From: Malacoraja senta
Lineage: Eukaryota
Direction of reading: 5' to 3'
Assembly (NCBI GenBank): GCA_038087875.1
Contig: CM075980.1
Span: 11,842,001-11,906,000 of the forward strand
DNA: 64,000 nucleotides
In this document: piece after piece, positions 37,981-52,499 of the stretch
How positions within the stretch are numbered: the stretch's first letter is position 1
How the letters are laid out: each line of letters begins with the position of its first letter
The notes under the pieces: generated by a model
Databases searched by the model: none
What the model was told of the DNA's origin: nothing
The model's input: only the letters and a program-made list of their open reading frames with translations
Program-made: the position numbers and the translations under genes

Positions 37981-40032
37981 CTGCTATGTCTTTCCCCATT
38001 CACTTCATCTCTCCATATCCCTCTCATGCCTGTCACCAAGCTTTGCATTGTCAGCAAACGAAGATATATTATTTAATACCTGTGCACAAATCATTTGATA
38101 TAGATTGTGAAAAGCTGCGGCCTAGCGTCAATCCCAACACCACCCCACTGGTCATGGCCTTCCAACCCAAAAACAACCCATTTAAACTTTCTCTTGGTTT
38201 CTGTCTTTTATTGGGCCTCAATCCATTACAGCATTTTACCCTCAATGCTAATTTTGCTCAAAAGGCTTCTTCATGGCAGTTCATTGAAGGCCATTTGAAA
38301 GGTCAAATGCATCACACTTTGATGAGGTAACAGATAAAGGCAATGATGGGAAGGCAATACAGATTTTCAGAAGCTACTTGTTAAAGCCCTACAAAAAGGC
38401 TGATTATCCCATGGGCCTCCGTTTAAAAAGACCACTGACAAAACTGGCTCAGGAAAAGAACCAGTAAACAGTTGTTCTTCAGACAGCGGAGGGTAAAGTG
38501 ATATTCCCTACTGGATCAGTGCTGGCACTTCAGATTCTTTTCCAGAATTATAGACAGCACAGCAGTTTAGCTAGTAGAGCTCCTGCCATCCCAGCACCAC
38601 AGACCCAGGTCCAATTCTGACTTTGGATGCTGGTGTGTGGAGTTTGCATGTTTTCTTTATGGCTGTGTGGATTCCCCAGGTGTGCCAGTTTCTTCCCACA
38701 TTCAAAAATGTGTGTGTTAGTACGTTAATCAGCTGCTGTAACTTTCCCCTGGTGTGTAGTCGAGTCATCGAATCTTGGGGAAATGAATAGGAGTGTGGGG
38801 AGAATAAAATAGTAGAATGTAGGATTTACTCTGGTAAATGGGTGGTTGATGGTTGGCTCAGACACGGTGGACCGAAGGAAGTGTTTATGTGGCATCGTAC
38901 AATAATTTGAACATGGGTTCAAAATGTTACAAAGATCACCAAGATCATGGGAGGATTAAATAGAATAAATAAGAGACCCGTTTCTACTGACAGATGATTC
39001 AAGGACTAGGGGACACCGCTCCAAAACAATGAGCAAATGACAATGATAGAGTGGTTATATAAAACTTACTGTATGAATGGGTGGTGGCAACATGACTTGG
39101 ATAGGCACTTGAATGAAGATAACAGGCAGTGATACAGGGAAAGACCAGGGAAATGGCACTGAACATATTGTTCTACAATATGTTCACAGACTCAATGGGC
39201 CAAACAGCTCCCTTCTATGCTGTAACCACTATGATACCAGGATAGTGCCAACATGCAATACGGGGACACAGCTGGTAAAGCTGCTGCCTCCCAGCGTCAG
39301 GGCCCCAGGCTCAATCCGACTTCAGTTCCTGTCCATGAGGAGTTTGTGCATTCTACCCATGACATCATGTGTTCCCTCCCACCTCGCATGGTAGATTAAT
39401 TGTCTGCTGTAAATTGCCCCTGGTTTGTGGTGAGTGTTGAATGTGGTAGAGGAGGGGAGGGGTGATGGAAATGTGGGGAGAATAAAATGGGATTAATATA
39501 CGAGTCATGTAAATGGGTAAAATAAGGTTGATGAAGGCTCAATGGGTCGAAGCGCCTGTTTGTGTACTGTACGATGGACCATGAAGAGGAGCAATGATAG
39601 GATGAGGACTATTAGTGAACACATTAGGATAGTGTCAGCATTCCAGTGCATGAAGGCAAGGGATCTCTAGGGATCAAAATACTCAAATTTAGGGGCATGG
39701 AATGCATAACGGAGAGGGGTTCTGGTAAATAGGTAAACTGAAGCAAAGTCAAATGGTATCGGATGTCGAGTTGCAGTGTTCTTGATAGAAAGGGAATGGG
39801 GTTATGTTCAATCAAAGAATTGTATGCCAAAGCTGCAAGATTAGCTTCAAACAAATGTTTGGAGGAAACGACGGATTGCACAGTAGGAACCCATAAAAAT
39901 GTCCTCAGAGAAACGTGCTGGTATGGAGGAACTTGATACAAGACAGAGCTGGATGTCATCAACAATAACTGGAGCTTTGAGGTTTTATGATTAACAGTAC
40001 TGTGTACAGTTGCTCTGTAAAAGAAAACTTAC

Positions 40033-40185
40033 AGTTCCCCCCAATAAGAGACTCGATGCGTTCTCTCCGTCGTTGCCGTAACCGGTGGACCATGAAGAGG
40101 AGCAGTGACAGAATGAGGAAGGAGGAGATGCAGCTTACGATCAGACGCATTCCACTCGCCATAGAATCAAAAATGCCGCTGCCAT
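40033..40185 (-). CDS. DGCR2: DGCR2 transmembrane exon (153 bp)
   Basis: [51 protein letters not shown]. Flanked by cacag| and |gtaagt. Confidence 0.97.
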
Positions 40186-40400
40186 CTGTGGGCATTGGGA
40201 AACACAGGGCAGTTACATTCAGCACTCCAGCTGCCTAAGATTTTCTTAGCTACTCAAATTGCATCTCCTCTGGAACAGTTTGCTTGGAGACACAGTAGGT
40301 TTTGAAGTGCCAGACCTCAAACCAAATGCACAATGTTATCTGAAACCAAGGCCTTTGTGATCATTAATATTTCTTGCTAGAGCGAGTCGAATATGTGAAG

Positions 40401-40576
40401 GAAAGAACTGCAGATGCTGGTTTAAATCGAAGATAGACACAAAATGCTGGAGTAACTCAGTGAGTGACGTTTCGGGTCGAGACTGAAGAAGAGTCTCGAC
40501 CCGAAACATCAACCATTCCTTCTCTCAAGAGATGCTGCCTGTCCTGCTGAGTTATTCCAGCATTTTGTGTCTATCC
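40401..40576. mobile_element. Penelope-derived inverted-repeat insertion, 14-bp TSD
   Basis: tcgaatatgtgaag at 40387-40400 and 40577-40590, with internal inverted arms. Confidence 0.75.
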
Positions 40577-41416
40577 TCGAATATGTGAAGATTGGGTTGG
40601 GAGGTTGTTTTGGTTTACTCCCCCAACAGAGTATTCACTTGACACAAGGTTGAAACTGAAGTCAAAAGCATTAACTTTCTCGTTGGCCCTGATGTGGTGG
40701 TTGCTAGCATCATTGAGGGGGAAGTGATGAGGGGTGAGGGGTGAGGGGTGAGAGGCATCACCCAATCAAATAGACCTGAGCATGCAAAGTGGTATTCAAT
40801 TGGGGTAAGTTTTATAAATAAAGGAAAGAACTGCATTTACCACTTTTCCCCAACCTGCTTTAAAGTTAATTACGTTGAAGCTATTTCAACTGTTGGAATT
40901 TCTGTACAAGCTTCCAGAAACAGTAATGTGATAACAATCAGATAATCTGCTGTTGTGTTGCTTGTTGAGGGAGAATTCAAAGTGGAACGACGCACTCGTC
41001 TTTGGTTTAACAACTCCAGAATGGTAGCATCTTTGATTGTCTAGAGCATGGAAGTGACAGAAAATATTCTGAATCTCAAACTTGAATCCATGTTTTCCTG
41101 CTTCGGCTCCTTCACCAGGAGGATGCAACAGCAAGAACAAATGGGAAACGGCGAGAAAAGTTTGTCTCACTCGTACTGCCCACAAGAAGCAGCACGTACC
41201 GAACCATATCTGAATTTCCAGCATCAACTTTCCTCCACAGATACAATAAACTCAAGTCTGATTTTTCATGGACTTGCTGCTTCCAATCTACAAATAGATT
41301 CTGCCATTAGATGCACTTGTAATGATCTACACTAGTGCTCAAGAGACACTAGCCAGTGATTCCCTGCTGCAGCCACTCTTTAAACCACATCACATGCTGG
41401 GTGGGAGTTGCTTTAC

Positions 41417-41620
41417 CTGGGTCAAGACATGTGAATTTGCAGCATTCCTTTGGATCCTTTTCAAAGTGTTGACACCCTTGTGGCCGCTCACACAAAGCTG
41501 CTACACACATTTCAGGCTCGCCGTTGTGGCAGGTGCAGCTCAAGCATGGATCATTACCCTTTGGAGTAAAGTACTTGCCCTCGTCTACCACGTTATCTTT
41601 TATATCCACACAGGTTTGAC
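41417..41620 (-). CDS. DGCR2: DGCR2 VWC-domain exon (204 bp)
   Basis: [49 protein letters not shown]...CCKFTCLDP. Confidence 0.97.
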
Positions 41621-41792
41621 CTGGAACATAAGCACAAGGTTCGACATGTTAAGTGAGTAGACAAGGAGGCAGATGGGAGTATAATAGGAAAAGTGGATAA
41701 TTATCCAATTCGTTGGCAGAATTAAAAATATATATATTTTTGAAGAGATAACAACTATTGGGACCCAAAGTAATTTTCAGTAGCTTGCATAT

Positions 41793-42580
41793 AGACATAA
41801 AATGCTGGAGTAACCTAGTGGGACAGGCAGCAACCCTGGAGAGAAGGAATGGGTGACGATTCAGGTCGAGACACTTCTTCAGACTGAAAGTCACGGGAAA
41901 GGGAAATGAGAGATATAGACGATGATGTAGAAAGATATGCAAAAAAAGTAGTAACGATGATAAAAGAAACAGGTCATTGTTGGTTGTTTGCTCGGTGAGA
42001 ACAAAAAGCTGGTGTGACTTGGGTGGGGGAGGGATGGAGAGAGCGAAAGCAGGGGTTTACTTGAAGTTAGAGAAATCAATATTCATAGTCTATTGTCTAT
42101 TGTCTACCCCTGGGTTGTAAGCTGCCCAAGCAAAATAGGAGATGCTGTTCCTCCAATTTGCGTTTAGCCTCACTGTCATTGGAGGCCATTTCTTTGCCCA
42201 CTTCCCAATCTGTCCAAGTACTTCTGCTTCCGCTACACCACCTGCCCTTCCACCTATCTTGGTATCATCTGCAAACTTGTCCACAAAGCCATCAATTCCA
42301 CAAAGCTCATCCAAATTATTAATATACATTGTGAATGGTAGCGGGCCTAACACCAACCTCTGTGGAACTTCACTAGCCAACCAGAGAAATCCACCATTAT
42401 TCTCACTCTTTGCCTTCTGCCATTCAGCCTGTCTTCAATGCATGCTAGTATCTTCCCTCTAATACCATGGGCTCTCATCTTGTTTAGCGGCCTCACATGC
42501 GGCACCTTAAAGGCCTTCTGAACATCCAAGTACACAACATCCACTGACTGTCTATCCTGCAATTTACTTCCTCAAAGCTT
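41793..42580 (-). mobile_element. Penelope 3' fragment joined to a CR1 RT fragment
   Basis: PLE terminal repeat at 41793-42175. CR1 VPQ..LGPL..FADDTKIGG at 42180-42580. Confidence 0.7.
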
Positions 42581-44539
42581 TATAGTTCTCTTGTATGTTG
42601 TGCACTTAAACCTTTGGACTTTGGTACGGTGGATGAGCAAAGTGCTTTGAAAAGAAAACAAAAACTTGTTGGAGTCAGAAGCAAAAAACAAACTGCAGAA
42701 GGAACTCAGCAGCATCTGTGGAAGTAAAAGGGTTGGCTAACATTATGGGTCGAGATCCTGCATCAAGATATAGAATATTCTGAAGATTCTGAGGTTTAAC
42801 ATCCAAGAGTTAGAAACAGTTGCACGGCAGATGGAAAGAAACGATGTCGGTTGGAGAGGTTAACACAAAAAAAAAATGGAGACGGCCAGAATAATACACT
42901 GCAGCTCAGAAATGAGAAAGAAGTCAGAAACAAACATTCACTGAGTTGAAGGATCAGTTGAAATAGTTGTCAGGGGCACCTGCAGGCTGATCAATCATCA
43001 GCTCAGTTACGATGAAAGACACAGCAGCTGTGGCTGGGTGTATTCCAGTGTCGGCCAGTGCATCGTCTCAAGGTTCAGAAGTCAGAATTTGAAACCCGAA
43101 ACCGTGGGCCTAGCCACTCTCACTTAAAACGTGTGATGGAGGAAAGGGGATACTGCAAAATATTTGCCACAGAGCTCTAAAACTGAAAATAGCGTTTGGA
43201 AATCCTAATGCCTGAAACTTAGAAGTTGGAATGGCAAATATGGGCAATTTATGTTTAAAAAGAGTTAAAAACAAAGGTTAAACCGATTCAGTGAAATAAC
43301 AATGGAATAAAAATGAAAAATGCAGATTAGGCAGCCCCTGTTGAAAGAGAAACAGTTCATCTTTTAAGACCCTTTATTGGAACAGTGGACTCTGCACATG
43401 TAGCTTGAACTTAGACAAAAATATAGCCAATAGCAAACCAATAAGCCTTAAGTAGTGGAAGGAAGACTGGGAGAGAAAGGACAAGAGGATGGTGGAGGAT
43501 AAAGTAAAAAGAACTCAGGATAGTTATGCCCAAGATCAATTTGGAGTGGAATCGTCAAGACATCCCACAGCCTGCATCACATGCCCAACTCATGGTCTAC
43601 GGAGTGGAAAATCATTTTTACATAAGTAGCCGTCACATACACTAACAAATAAAATTACCAAAACTGATTCAAAGACCGAGTTCAGGAATACATGCAGCAA
43701 TTTCATGGAGCAATGCATCGTGGAATCAAGATATTGTGCATCTCATCAAGTGTAATGAGACAAAATTAATAATCTTATTGAGAGATCCTCTGGGGGAAAG
43801 TAATCATACCATCAAAAGTTTGTATTCAGTTAGAAATTATGAAAGAATATGACCAAGGCATTAAACAAATGTATAATCAAAAATACAGTAAACATACCAA
43901 GTCCAGTGGAAAATCAAGCAAATTTCCTCTGAAGTAATTAACAGAAACTTGAAGTAACATTAATAAGGGGAATGCATATAGAAATTAAAGGTGCTAAACA
44001 CCAAATAGCCAATACCTAATAGTTTGTATCTTAGGGTTCTAAAAAAAGTGGCAGTATAGAAAGTACTTCCAGCATTTCCTACTTTATTTCAGATTTCCAG
44101 CATCTTTTGACTTCACTGAGACTGACCTAATACACGAGTATCACACTAAATGAACAGTACGCCAACCACAGACCAATAAACACTCGAGCAAAGATACAAG
44201 GCACAGACCAAAAATGCAATTCCTCAGTAGACAACTAAACCACAGGGCCAAAGTAAATGCAAATAAATGGAGTAACTTCCCTCCAAACCCCCATTTTCAA
44301 GCCATAGATTCAATTATCCACAAACCCCCTGTGAGGAAGTGAGCCACAAAAATCTGGCCTAACATTCCTCCCATTCCTGCATGCAGCTGTGAACTGTGGG
44401 CAGAATTTGATAGATTGAACCTGCATTAAGTTGGAACCCCTGTGACCTTTCTTGTGTTTAATATTGGTTGTAACTGGAACATAACAGTGACAATCTCGAG
44501 GGCTGGCAGATTCCAATTGGCAGGAGAATCACCACTTAC

Positions 44540-44722
44540 TTCTTTTGCAGAGAAACGCTGACTTCTCATTGCAGTTCTCGGCATACCAGCTGTGTAATCC
44601 GTGGTGCCGCAGGCTGGGGAAGTGGGAGCATTGCAGCTGAGCACACAGCACATTTTCTTGCTCCGAGATGGTCATTCCAAACGTTGGCACCTGTTCTGGT
44701 GGAAGGAACACCTCCGTGGAAC
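44540..44722 (-). CDS. DGCR2: DGCR2 C-type lectin domain, third part (183 bp)
   Basis: [10 protein letters not shown]...[37 protein letters not shown]. Canonical splice sites. Confidence 0.96.
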
Positions 44723-47027
44723 CTGGAGAAGAGAAACACTATTAAGCAAGTACAATGCAGCTGAATGTGCATGAAAATAAAGCCATCTCTGCAAAACAGC
44801 AGGCCCAGTGAATCCATGCCAAATCTTCCATCACTCTTTCTACTTAGTACCGCCAAACTATTTTCCATTTCAGAACTGCAACTGAGCCTTTATTTTATCT
44901 CTTTCTTTCTTTATAGGCAATTCAAAGGAAGGGGAGGAAGTTCTCTCCATTAATTCAGCAAGCTTGCTAATAAGTCCCTTGCCATACATGGTTTTTCTGC
45001 AGATCTATGATTTAACCCACTTTTAACCATTATTACCACTACTACCAACCAAGGTCATGATCTTATTGTTGATACAATCTGTACTTATCAAATCCCATTT
45101 GCGCAAGGTTTTCCCTGCACTGGATGGACAGCTGCACGCGTCTTTGAGACTAGCGTGCATTTCTCACTGATGCCCTTTCATGCTTACGTCTTATTTTGTC
45201 CATGATCTGCATTTTTAGTTCATTTCCACTAAACTGGTTCTCTTGATTTGTTTTATTTTGCATTCTTTCTCATGGTGCCTCTTAAATATATCATCATCAA
45301 GCTTCTCATGATACAAAACAACTTTTAACTAGCTCATCCCTTAATTGTCAACCTTCCTTTCCTCCGCAGTCAAATGGCCTCTGTGCTCATTTTCCTGAAA
45401 CTCCCAGTTTGATTTCTTCTAAAGGTTCATATCACAGCATGAATCAGCTCTGATCAAAGGAATTAATGATATGCCAATGTGACAACAGTATGACATCCTC
45501 CTTGGCATGAATGCAAATTGTGCTTCAGTTGACTATACTGGTGGCATGTTCAGCACATGTTCCCAAGAACAGATCTTACAAAATCACTGTCAAGATGGGT
45601 CAATACAGTATTTTATCTGCATGATATAGAGATGTATTACCACTGTGCTACTTTGCCAGCACCTTGTGGAGGTTTCAGCCCACCAGCAGTGCTCCTGCAC
45701 CAATGAAACAGCTAGTTATCTTATCACCACCTGGTTCAGTATGGAAAGAATCACCAGGAATGTACAGAGGCTGCCTGAGGGCTAGGGTGAACAGCATGGC
45801 CATTCACTCTTGCGTAACAGCAGCATGGCCATTCACTCTTGCGACACAGGCTGAGGGTTGCATCAGTCAAGTATGGTGTGACCATGATTGAAATTTGTTA
45901 CATAGAGATTTGGCCTTGTTGGGGAGAGCCAAGAAAATAGAGGGAGAGGCATCAGCTTCATCACATCAGGATGATGAGACAGACTGCAGGACCCCAGCAG
46001 TCTGCTCAGACATGGAGCTGCTGCTGCTGGTTGCCAGCAATGAACCCCACTCACTGTGTCAGTCAGGGTGCAGTCTTGAGCCTCATATCTTAGTTCTGAG
46101 AGGGCATCCTGCTTGTCCTAGTCTGCCTAATGCCAGCTGGCACAGCAAGCAACTGCACAGTGACGAGATCGCAGTTTCATTGCTGTGGGGAGTGCCAGTG
46201 GAGGGCAGGGAATTGCAGCAGGTTCCCTCCACTACACCAGCCTGCTCAGATGTCTGTTTTAACTTATGGCGGAATACATCTCTAAGTGTTTGGCCAAGAG
46301 CACTATAATAAATCAGCACTCTGTAGGGTAGCACTAAGCTGGATACTGCTCCCCTCGAAAATTGTCCCTCTCATCTAACTTGATTACATTGTATTGGCTT
46401 TTCTCCTTATCGATAAAATTAGACCCAGACTGCCAGAGCTTTGCCACCCTCACCATTACCTCTGGCCTCCCTTCCCATTACTTGCTTATATGCCATACTT
46501 TGCAATATTAGCTGAAAATCTGTTTATCTGTTGCCCACATTTGTTCAGGGCATCATCCATCTTGACTACCACCCTCTCACGCTCTGTCGCTAATTTGTTC
46601 AATTCTGTCCAAAGTTTAGGCCTGGATGAGTAGAGTTTTCTTCAAATAAACATTAAAAAGATGAAAGCCAGTTTTTCCAGTCCATGTCAAAAACTCAATC
46701 GTCAATCCGAGGGATCAAATCCTTTGATCTGATCCCTCAGTTGTCGCTTGCCTGGTTCCATCTTGGTTCCATTACAAATTCATATTAAGCATGCAAGTAC
46801 TTATCCATCCCCCCTGTAGACACCATTGTTACAGTTCCATCCTTGCCTCTCCTTGGCCCCTTAAACATGGTTCTGGTCATTTGTCTGAATGAAGCCTTAA
46901 GATTCTCAATGATAAATATTATTGATAATGCATCAGTGAAGTTGCATTGGAGCAAGCTGGTTAGGAGGCTGGTGCTCTAAGTCACCATTACTGGTACTTA
47001 CATCAACTTCTCTTTCAGCATACTTAC

Positions 47028-47110
47028 TGCTCTTATAAGCTACTTCCCACTGTCCCTCTAGCGAGGTGTGGCTTCTGTTTGTTATCGTGTACTGATAGCC
47101 AACCCAGAAC
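47028..47110 (-). CDS. DGCR2: DGCR2 C-type lectin domain, second part (83 bp)
   Basis: FWVGYQYTITNRSHTSLEGQWEVAYKS. Flanked by cacag| and A|gtaagt. Confidence 0.94.
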
Positions 47111-47562
47111 CTGTGAAGAAACAATTTATCAAGTGGAGAATAAATATGTAGTTGCCAATAACAAAGCTGTACCAAACATTGACATCAAAAAGCAAGTTCA
47201 CACAAAATCTTCTCTGCTCTTCCACACACATGCTCCCACTGTTCTGTCATAACCCTCTTCCACTACCTCTCACTGCCTCCACCCAAATAACCTCAGAGCC
47301 AACTCCAACACTCGCCCTCAATGCCCCTCCACTTCTTTTTCTAACAGCACTGTTCCCTGACCACTATTCCCACTCGTATCTCCTACTCCCCATGTCTCTC
47401 ATCTCCCTCGTATCTATACTTTTTCCTCACTGCTTTTACTCTGTCAATTTCTCTTTTGCCCCACCTATTCTTCTCTCATTGCCTCCACACACTCATGCTC
47501 ACTTCCTGGGTTTCCTCATTCCTTCCCTCTGCCACCATGCCACCCATCGCTCCCATTCTTAC

Positions 47563-47773
47563 CTGCGTTGGTCCTTGCGACTCAATGGCCGTTCCTCTAG
47601 GTCCCATTCTTCAGCTAGTATGAAGCGCAGCTCTTGATCAGTAGTGAATGTAGCCAACGATCCATTCACTCGTTGACATGTTTGGACAGCATTCCAGTAG
47701 TCCTCACTATTCAAATACACTCGATAACAGCTCGCTGTCCCCTCATAGTGATGCCAGCCTGTTGGACACTTAC
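47563..47773 (-). CDS. DGCR2: DGCR2 C-type lectin domain, first part (211 bp)
   Basis: [57 protein letters not shown]. Confidence 0.96.
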
Positions 47774-48959
47774 CTGCCAACAAGACCAATTGTCAGCATG
47801 AATTCTGCAGTATGACTAAATGCAGGCAACTAAATGTAAAAGGTACATCTTATGTATGTCCATGAAATCTTATGCTATTTTGCAAGAGAGAACTCAGAAT
47901 ATAAACCTAATTGGATTGTTAACAAAAAAAAAAATCAATGGAGGAAGAAAATCTGTTATTTCCCCTCGCCTAGAAGACTCCAGACCAACATTGTGATGGC
48001 ACTTCAAAGGGGTTGACAAGATACTCACTTTGTTAATGAGAGGGAGGTAGTAAATGACAGCCTTGCCAGCAATTGTCACATCCTGGAAATGAACAAGTGA
48101 AACAAAATTTGTCTATAACCTTGCATTGGCTCTTCAGAAGAGTATCCCGAGTCACACAGCACTGCTCTTTCCTCACACCTCGTGTTGGATTCATGTACTT
48201 AACCCAACTCCCCGTCAAGCAACTCAAGACCATCTGCTGAATGAAGCATGTTCGCATTTGTTACTTCTCACTCTACAGCCAATCAGCACAATGCTACGTC
48301 CTGGATTATTGATGCTTTGAGTAAATAAAGAAACCTTACTTAATCCAATCATGAGAAAAATCACCACACAACCTTACATAAGGCAAAGCAGATTTACTAT
48401 TGCGTAACACTGGCATAGAATACAAGAGTTTTTCTATGAAATTAACACCTATAAAGCAGCTTTGCAAAATGTAAGTGCATAATACTGGTGGAAACAATAT
48501 AATACAAATAACAAGAAATAACACTGAACAGACATGTTATTCTTTATCAGAATTGACTCAACCGGGGGCAGGACCCAGTCTACCAGTTGGACAGATCAGG
48601 AACTGAATCAGAGAACTTCTTCTGTAAACCTGCAAGGTTTTTGGAACATATATGAGAGAGTTGGCCCTCTCATTATCTGCACTCCAGTGTCCAGCAGCAT
48701 CTTCAGGAATTCTATTGGTGGTATAATTATTGTCAACATAGAGGAATGATACCTCAAGATATACTTTTGCAGTAAAACTTAGGAACTAAGAATTGTGAGT
48801 TAACTCTACAATGCTGTCATACTTCGCCAGTGAAGCCAACCCCTTAACACAAACCTTTGCTTGGTAGGATTCTCTTAACAACAAAACTGGTAAAAAGCTG
48901 CTGCAATCTGACTTTTGAAGAGCTTGTTCAAACATCAAGATAGTGGAACTGCAACTTAC

Positions 48960-49085
48960 GGGTGAACTGGAAGGGCTGGGCCACATTGATCGGGTAGAAG
49001 CGGGTGTCCTCGGCAGTTCTGCCACGCACCTGTTTCAGGTCAGTAGTTTCCTTTGTGTGGTGCCCGCGGTGATCACCAATCACTC
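48960..49085 (-). CDS. DGCR2: DGCR2 linker exon (126 bp)
   Basis: actag|GA GTG...ACCC|gtaagt. Translates VIGDHRGHHTKE...FYPINVAQPFQFT; human has VNVAQPVRFS. Confidence 0.92.
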
Positions 49086-49908
49086 CTAGTAGGTAGACAG
49101 TAGGTAAGAGAGTATGACAAGCTGCACTCACTCCCTGCAGCTACATAACCAAACAGCATTTCATTCATGCAATATTTGGAATGTAGTAAAATGCCCCAAT
49201 ATTATTATTTTTTAAACAGGTGTTTGAAACAGATAGGATCAGAAGATAGAATTTAATGTAATAATGAATAAAGTCAGATAGAAATTGAAGATTTACAAAT
49301 GGAGGTCCATGTGAAAGGGTTTCGTACCTTGAAGATGTGTGCGAAATATAGCAACCTAAAAGATAAATGTGCAAAAGACCAGAAATGCAGGAGTACAGAG
49401 ATCAAGGAGATGATAAAGGGAAAAGGCCATGGGAGGATTTGAAAAGCTGGATGATTGCTTTCATGCCACAAATGTTCTAGTCACCTAGCAAAATAGCCAA
49501 CGGACCACTTGCATCTTAAATGAAGGCCACACAATTTTCCTTCCCACCTGTCTGAGTTTGTCCTTGGGGATAACTTCTTTAATGTTTCTTTAATTTCCTC
49601 CACATGGGTTATTTGTGGAATACAAGAGCATCCTTGGTTTTACTGTCATTCAGGTGCCCACCATCTCTTTAGCCAGTACACTGTGGACCCTGCCAGCACC
49701 CTTTAGTTTCACTATCATGTTGTACTTTATCAATCATCTTCTAAAAGTCACACCATATCAACATCATCTTGCCAGCTCTCTCCAATACATGCAACAACTC
49801 TTATCGTTAGTTAAACACATGCTTTAAAAAAATTAATGCTGCATGTTATTGATTACCCCAATGTCTCCCCCCACTCCCAACCAAACTACCAATATATATT
49901 GTCCTGGA

Positions 49909-50113
49909 AGGTACACAAAAATGCTGGAGAAACTCAGCGGGTGCAGCAGCATCTATGGAGCGAAGGAGATCGGCAACGTTTCGTCTGAAGATGGGTTTCG
50001 GCCCAAAACGTTGCATATCTCCTTCGCTCCATAGATGCTGCTGCACCCGCTGAGTTTCTCCAGCATTTTTGTGTACCTTCGATTTTCCAGCATCTGCAGT
50101 TCCTTCTTTAACA
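49909..50113. mobile_element. Penelope-derived hairpin insertion, 15-bp TSD
   Basis: atatattgtcctgga at 49894-49908 and 50114-50128, with ~75-bp near-perfect inverted arms. Confidence 0.8.
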
Positions 50114-52499
50114 ATATATTGTCCTGGATGGTTGTCTTGAAAGTTTTCCAGCGCCAGCTCGCTTTTTCCAAACTAGATTCATCATTTGGAATTACCCAAT
50201 TTTAGTTTACTGTTATACCACCAGCATTTTGCTCAACTGCCTTCTCAAGAGAAAAATATTATTCATTACATCAGCCACACCCTGCGTCTCCACAAGAATC
50301 TTCTTGTTTAGCCAATTTTTCTTCAACAAGAGTTTTCCGGTGTTATAATAAAACCATTGGTATTTCTTTGGTTATCTAGTCTTCATCCATTTATAATCTT
50401 CTCCTCTGTCCTTCCTTTCACACAATATCAGATATATAGTGAGCTATTCATCACGGAAGTAGGCTCTTTGGCTCAACTTGTCCGTGCTGACCAAGTCATG
50501 CAACTGTGCTAGTCCCACTTGGTGTCCGTTATTGCCGGTTGTCTGCTATAACCACGTACGGTATTATCATTGTATAGGTAGTAGAAATCAACAACAGCAG
50601 TTGCTGGTTAATACACAAAAGGACACAACGTGCTGGAGTAACTCAGCAGGTCAAGCAGCATCTCTAGAGAACATGGATAGGTGACGTTTCAAGTCGGGAC
50701 CCTTCTTCAGAACTGGGCCTTGAATCCAGATGAGTCGACAGCCCCAGCCTGCTGGTGGTCAGGGGTGAGGAGAGGATCGGTGGACTCAATGGGTGCGGGC
50801 AGCTGGAGTGCAGGTAAGGGCCAGTGGTGCTGGTGGCAGGTGTGGCCAGGAAATGGCAAAGGAAGCAGTGTGGACCAGCAGTGGCGGCAGAAGGTCCGAC
50901 CTGGAAGCGACGTAGGTTGGCGATGACGTGAGCAGCCAGGGCTCTATGCGGCCCGGGAGGTGGCACAAGCTGTGGGGTAGCGTGGGCGGCTGGGGAGGCA
51001 GCACGAGCCAGGGGTGGCGTTGGCAGCCGTCGGTAGGTGCACCCACTATAACCAGAATTACATAAAAACTAAGGTTTACTGTATTATGAACTTCAAGCAA
51101 ATTGTATAATAACACTGTTACTGGCTCACAGCTCATGTAAATCAGTTCGATTCTGACCATTAGCTGTGTGGAGACTTTATATTCTCCCTGTAGTTTTCCT
51201 CCCACATCTGAAAGTGGGGTATTGATGGGAATTGAATGCAAAAGGCATACTTCCACACTGGTAAAGATAATACATTGCATTGATAGGTTCCTGAGATTTA
51301 CCAGTTGCTTTTACTGGGAATGAAAAATGGAAATTGTGCAACCATGCAACTTGATCTCTTTCCCATGCTTGTCAATTGCCCCATTGATGGGGAAAAGAGC
51401 ATAAGTTGCATGGATACAGGGAAATAAGAGGGGGAAAGTAGTTTACTTTGCTGGGAGTTACTATGAACTTTCAATAATCGTAAAATCCAGTACAACAAAA
51501 CTGTGTCGAAATATTAAGCGTCGTCTTTTTTAACAGGGTCAACTGCAAAACCTGACCGGGTCAAAAGGATGATTACAAACCCAAGTTATTTTGATTTATT
51601 TTGTGTGGCATTTAAAGACCAGATAAAAATTTTATGGCAAAGGAAGTCCATTAAAGAACTCTTCAATATTTTGAAACAATAATATACAAGAAGTATACAT
51701 CTCTTTTCAATAACTTGTACAGGGTCTATAGTCTTTAATGTCAGTCTTGAGTTTTTTCCTGAATGTAATGATTCCAACTCACAATAATGATTTGCCTCCC
51801 TATACCATTTTGCCACTGCATCTTCCCTCAGCACCTCTCATGTTGTTCTTACACTGATCCTGGTTATAGTCTGATAAGCTACCAAATGCTGCCATACCTT
51901 AGTCAGGTATCCTCTGACCATGAAAAAAGTGTTCTTTCCTTTGTTAGAGAAGGATCATAGCAACTGCAAGTAGTAGTACAATAAAATATTTTAACATTAA
52001 ACCTTTCTTCTAACCCAATCTAATTTAAACTGATTGAATCTTCCTACTATTCAAGCACTTTTTTAAATACATTAATTTGTCCACAGGTTCCTCCTTTTTT
52101 ACTTGTCACTATGCAATGGATTGTCAGGAATGTTATCATTTTCTCATTATTCTTTGACTTAATGCACTCATTTTATGTTCATTTTATTTCATTTGTGATC
52201 CAAACTTCAGTTGCCAGTCATGGGCCAGAACGGGAAAACACATGCACTTCTGCGCCAAACTTTGATAAATGTCAGGAGGTATAGAACTCCCCTACTAACG
52301 TCCCCAGTAAGCTGACTGATCCAGCAATGGAGCGGAAAGTTCCTGCAATTTCTCAGCAGTGTCTCTCCAGCGGACTGTTAGATGACAGTCAATTTGATTA
52401 CGGCACTTTTCAATGAGGTGAAATACGAGGTGAAATTGGAACCATTGGTGGACATGAAAAAACTGTAATAAAATAGTGTGGGAACTTTAATACAGATGT

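Noticed and set aside
45790-45843. 23-bp local tandem duplication (cagcatggccattcactcttgcg)
   Set aside because: It is an ordinary slippage duplication in intronic sequence.
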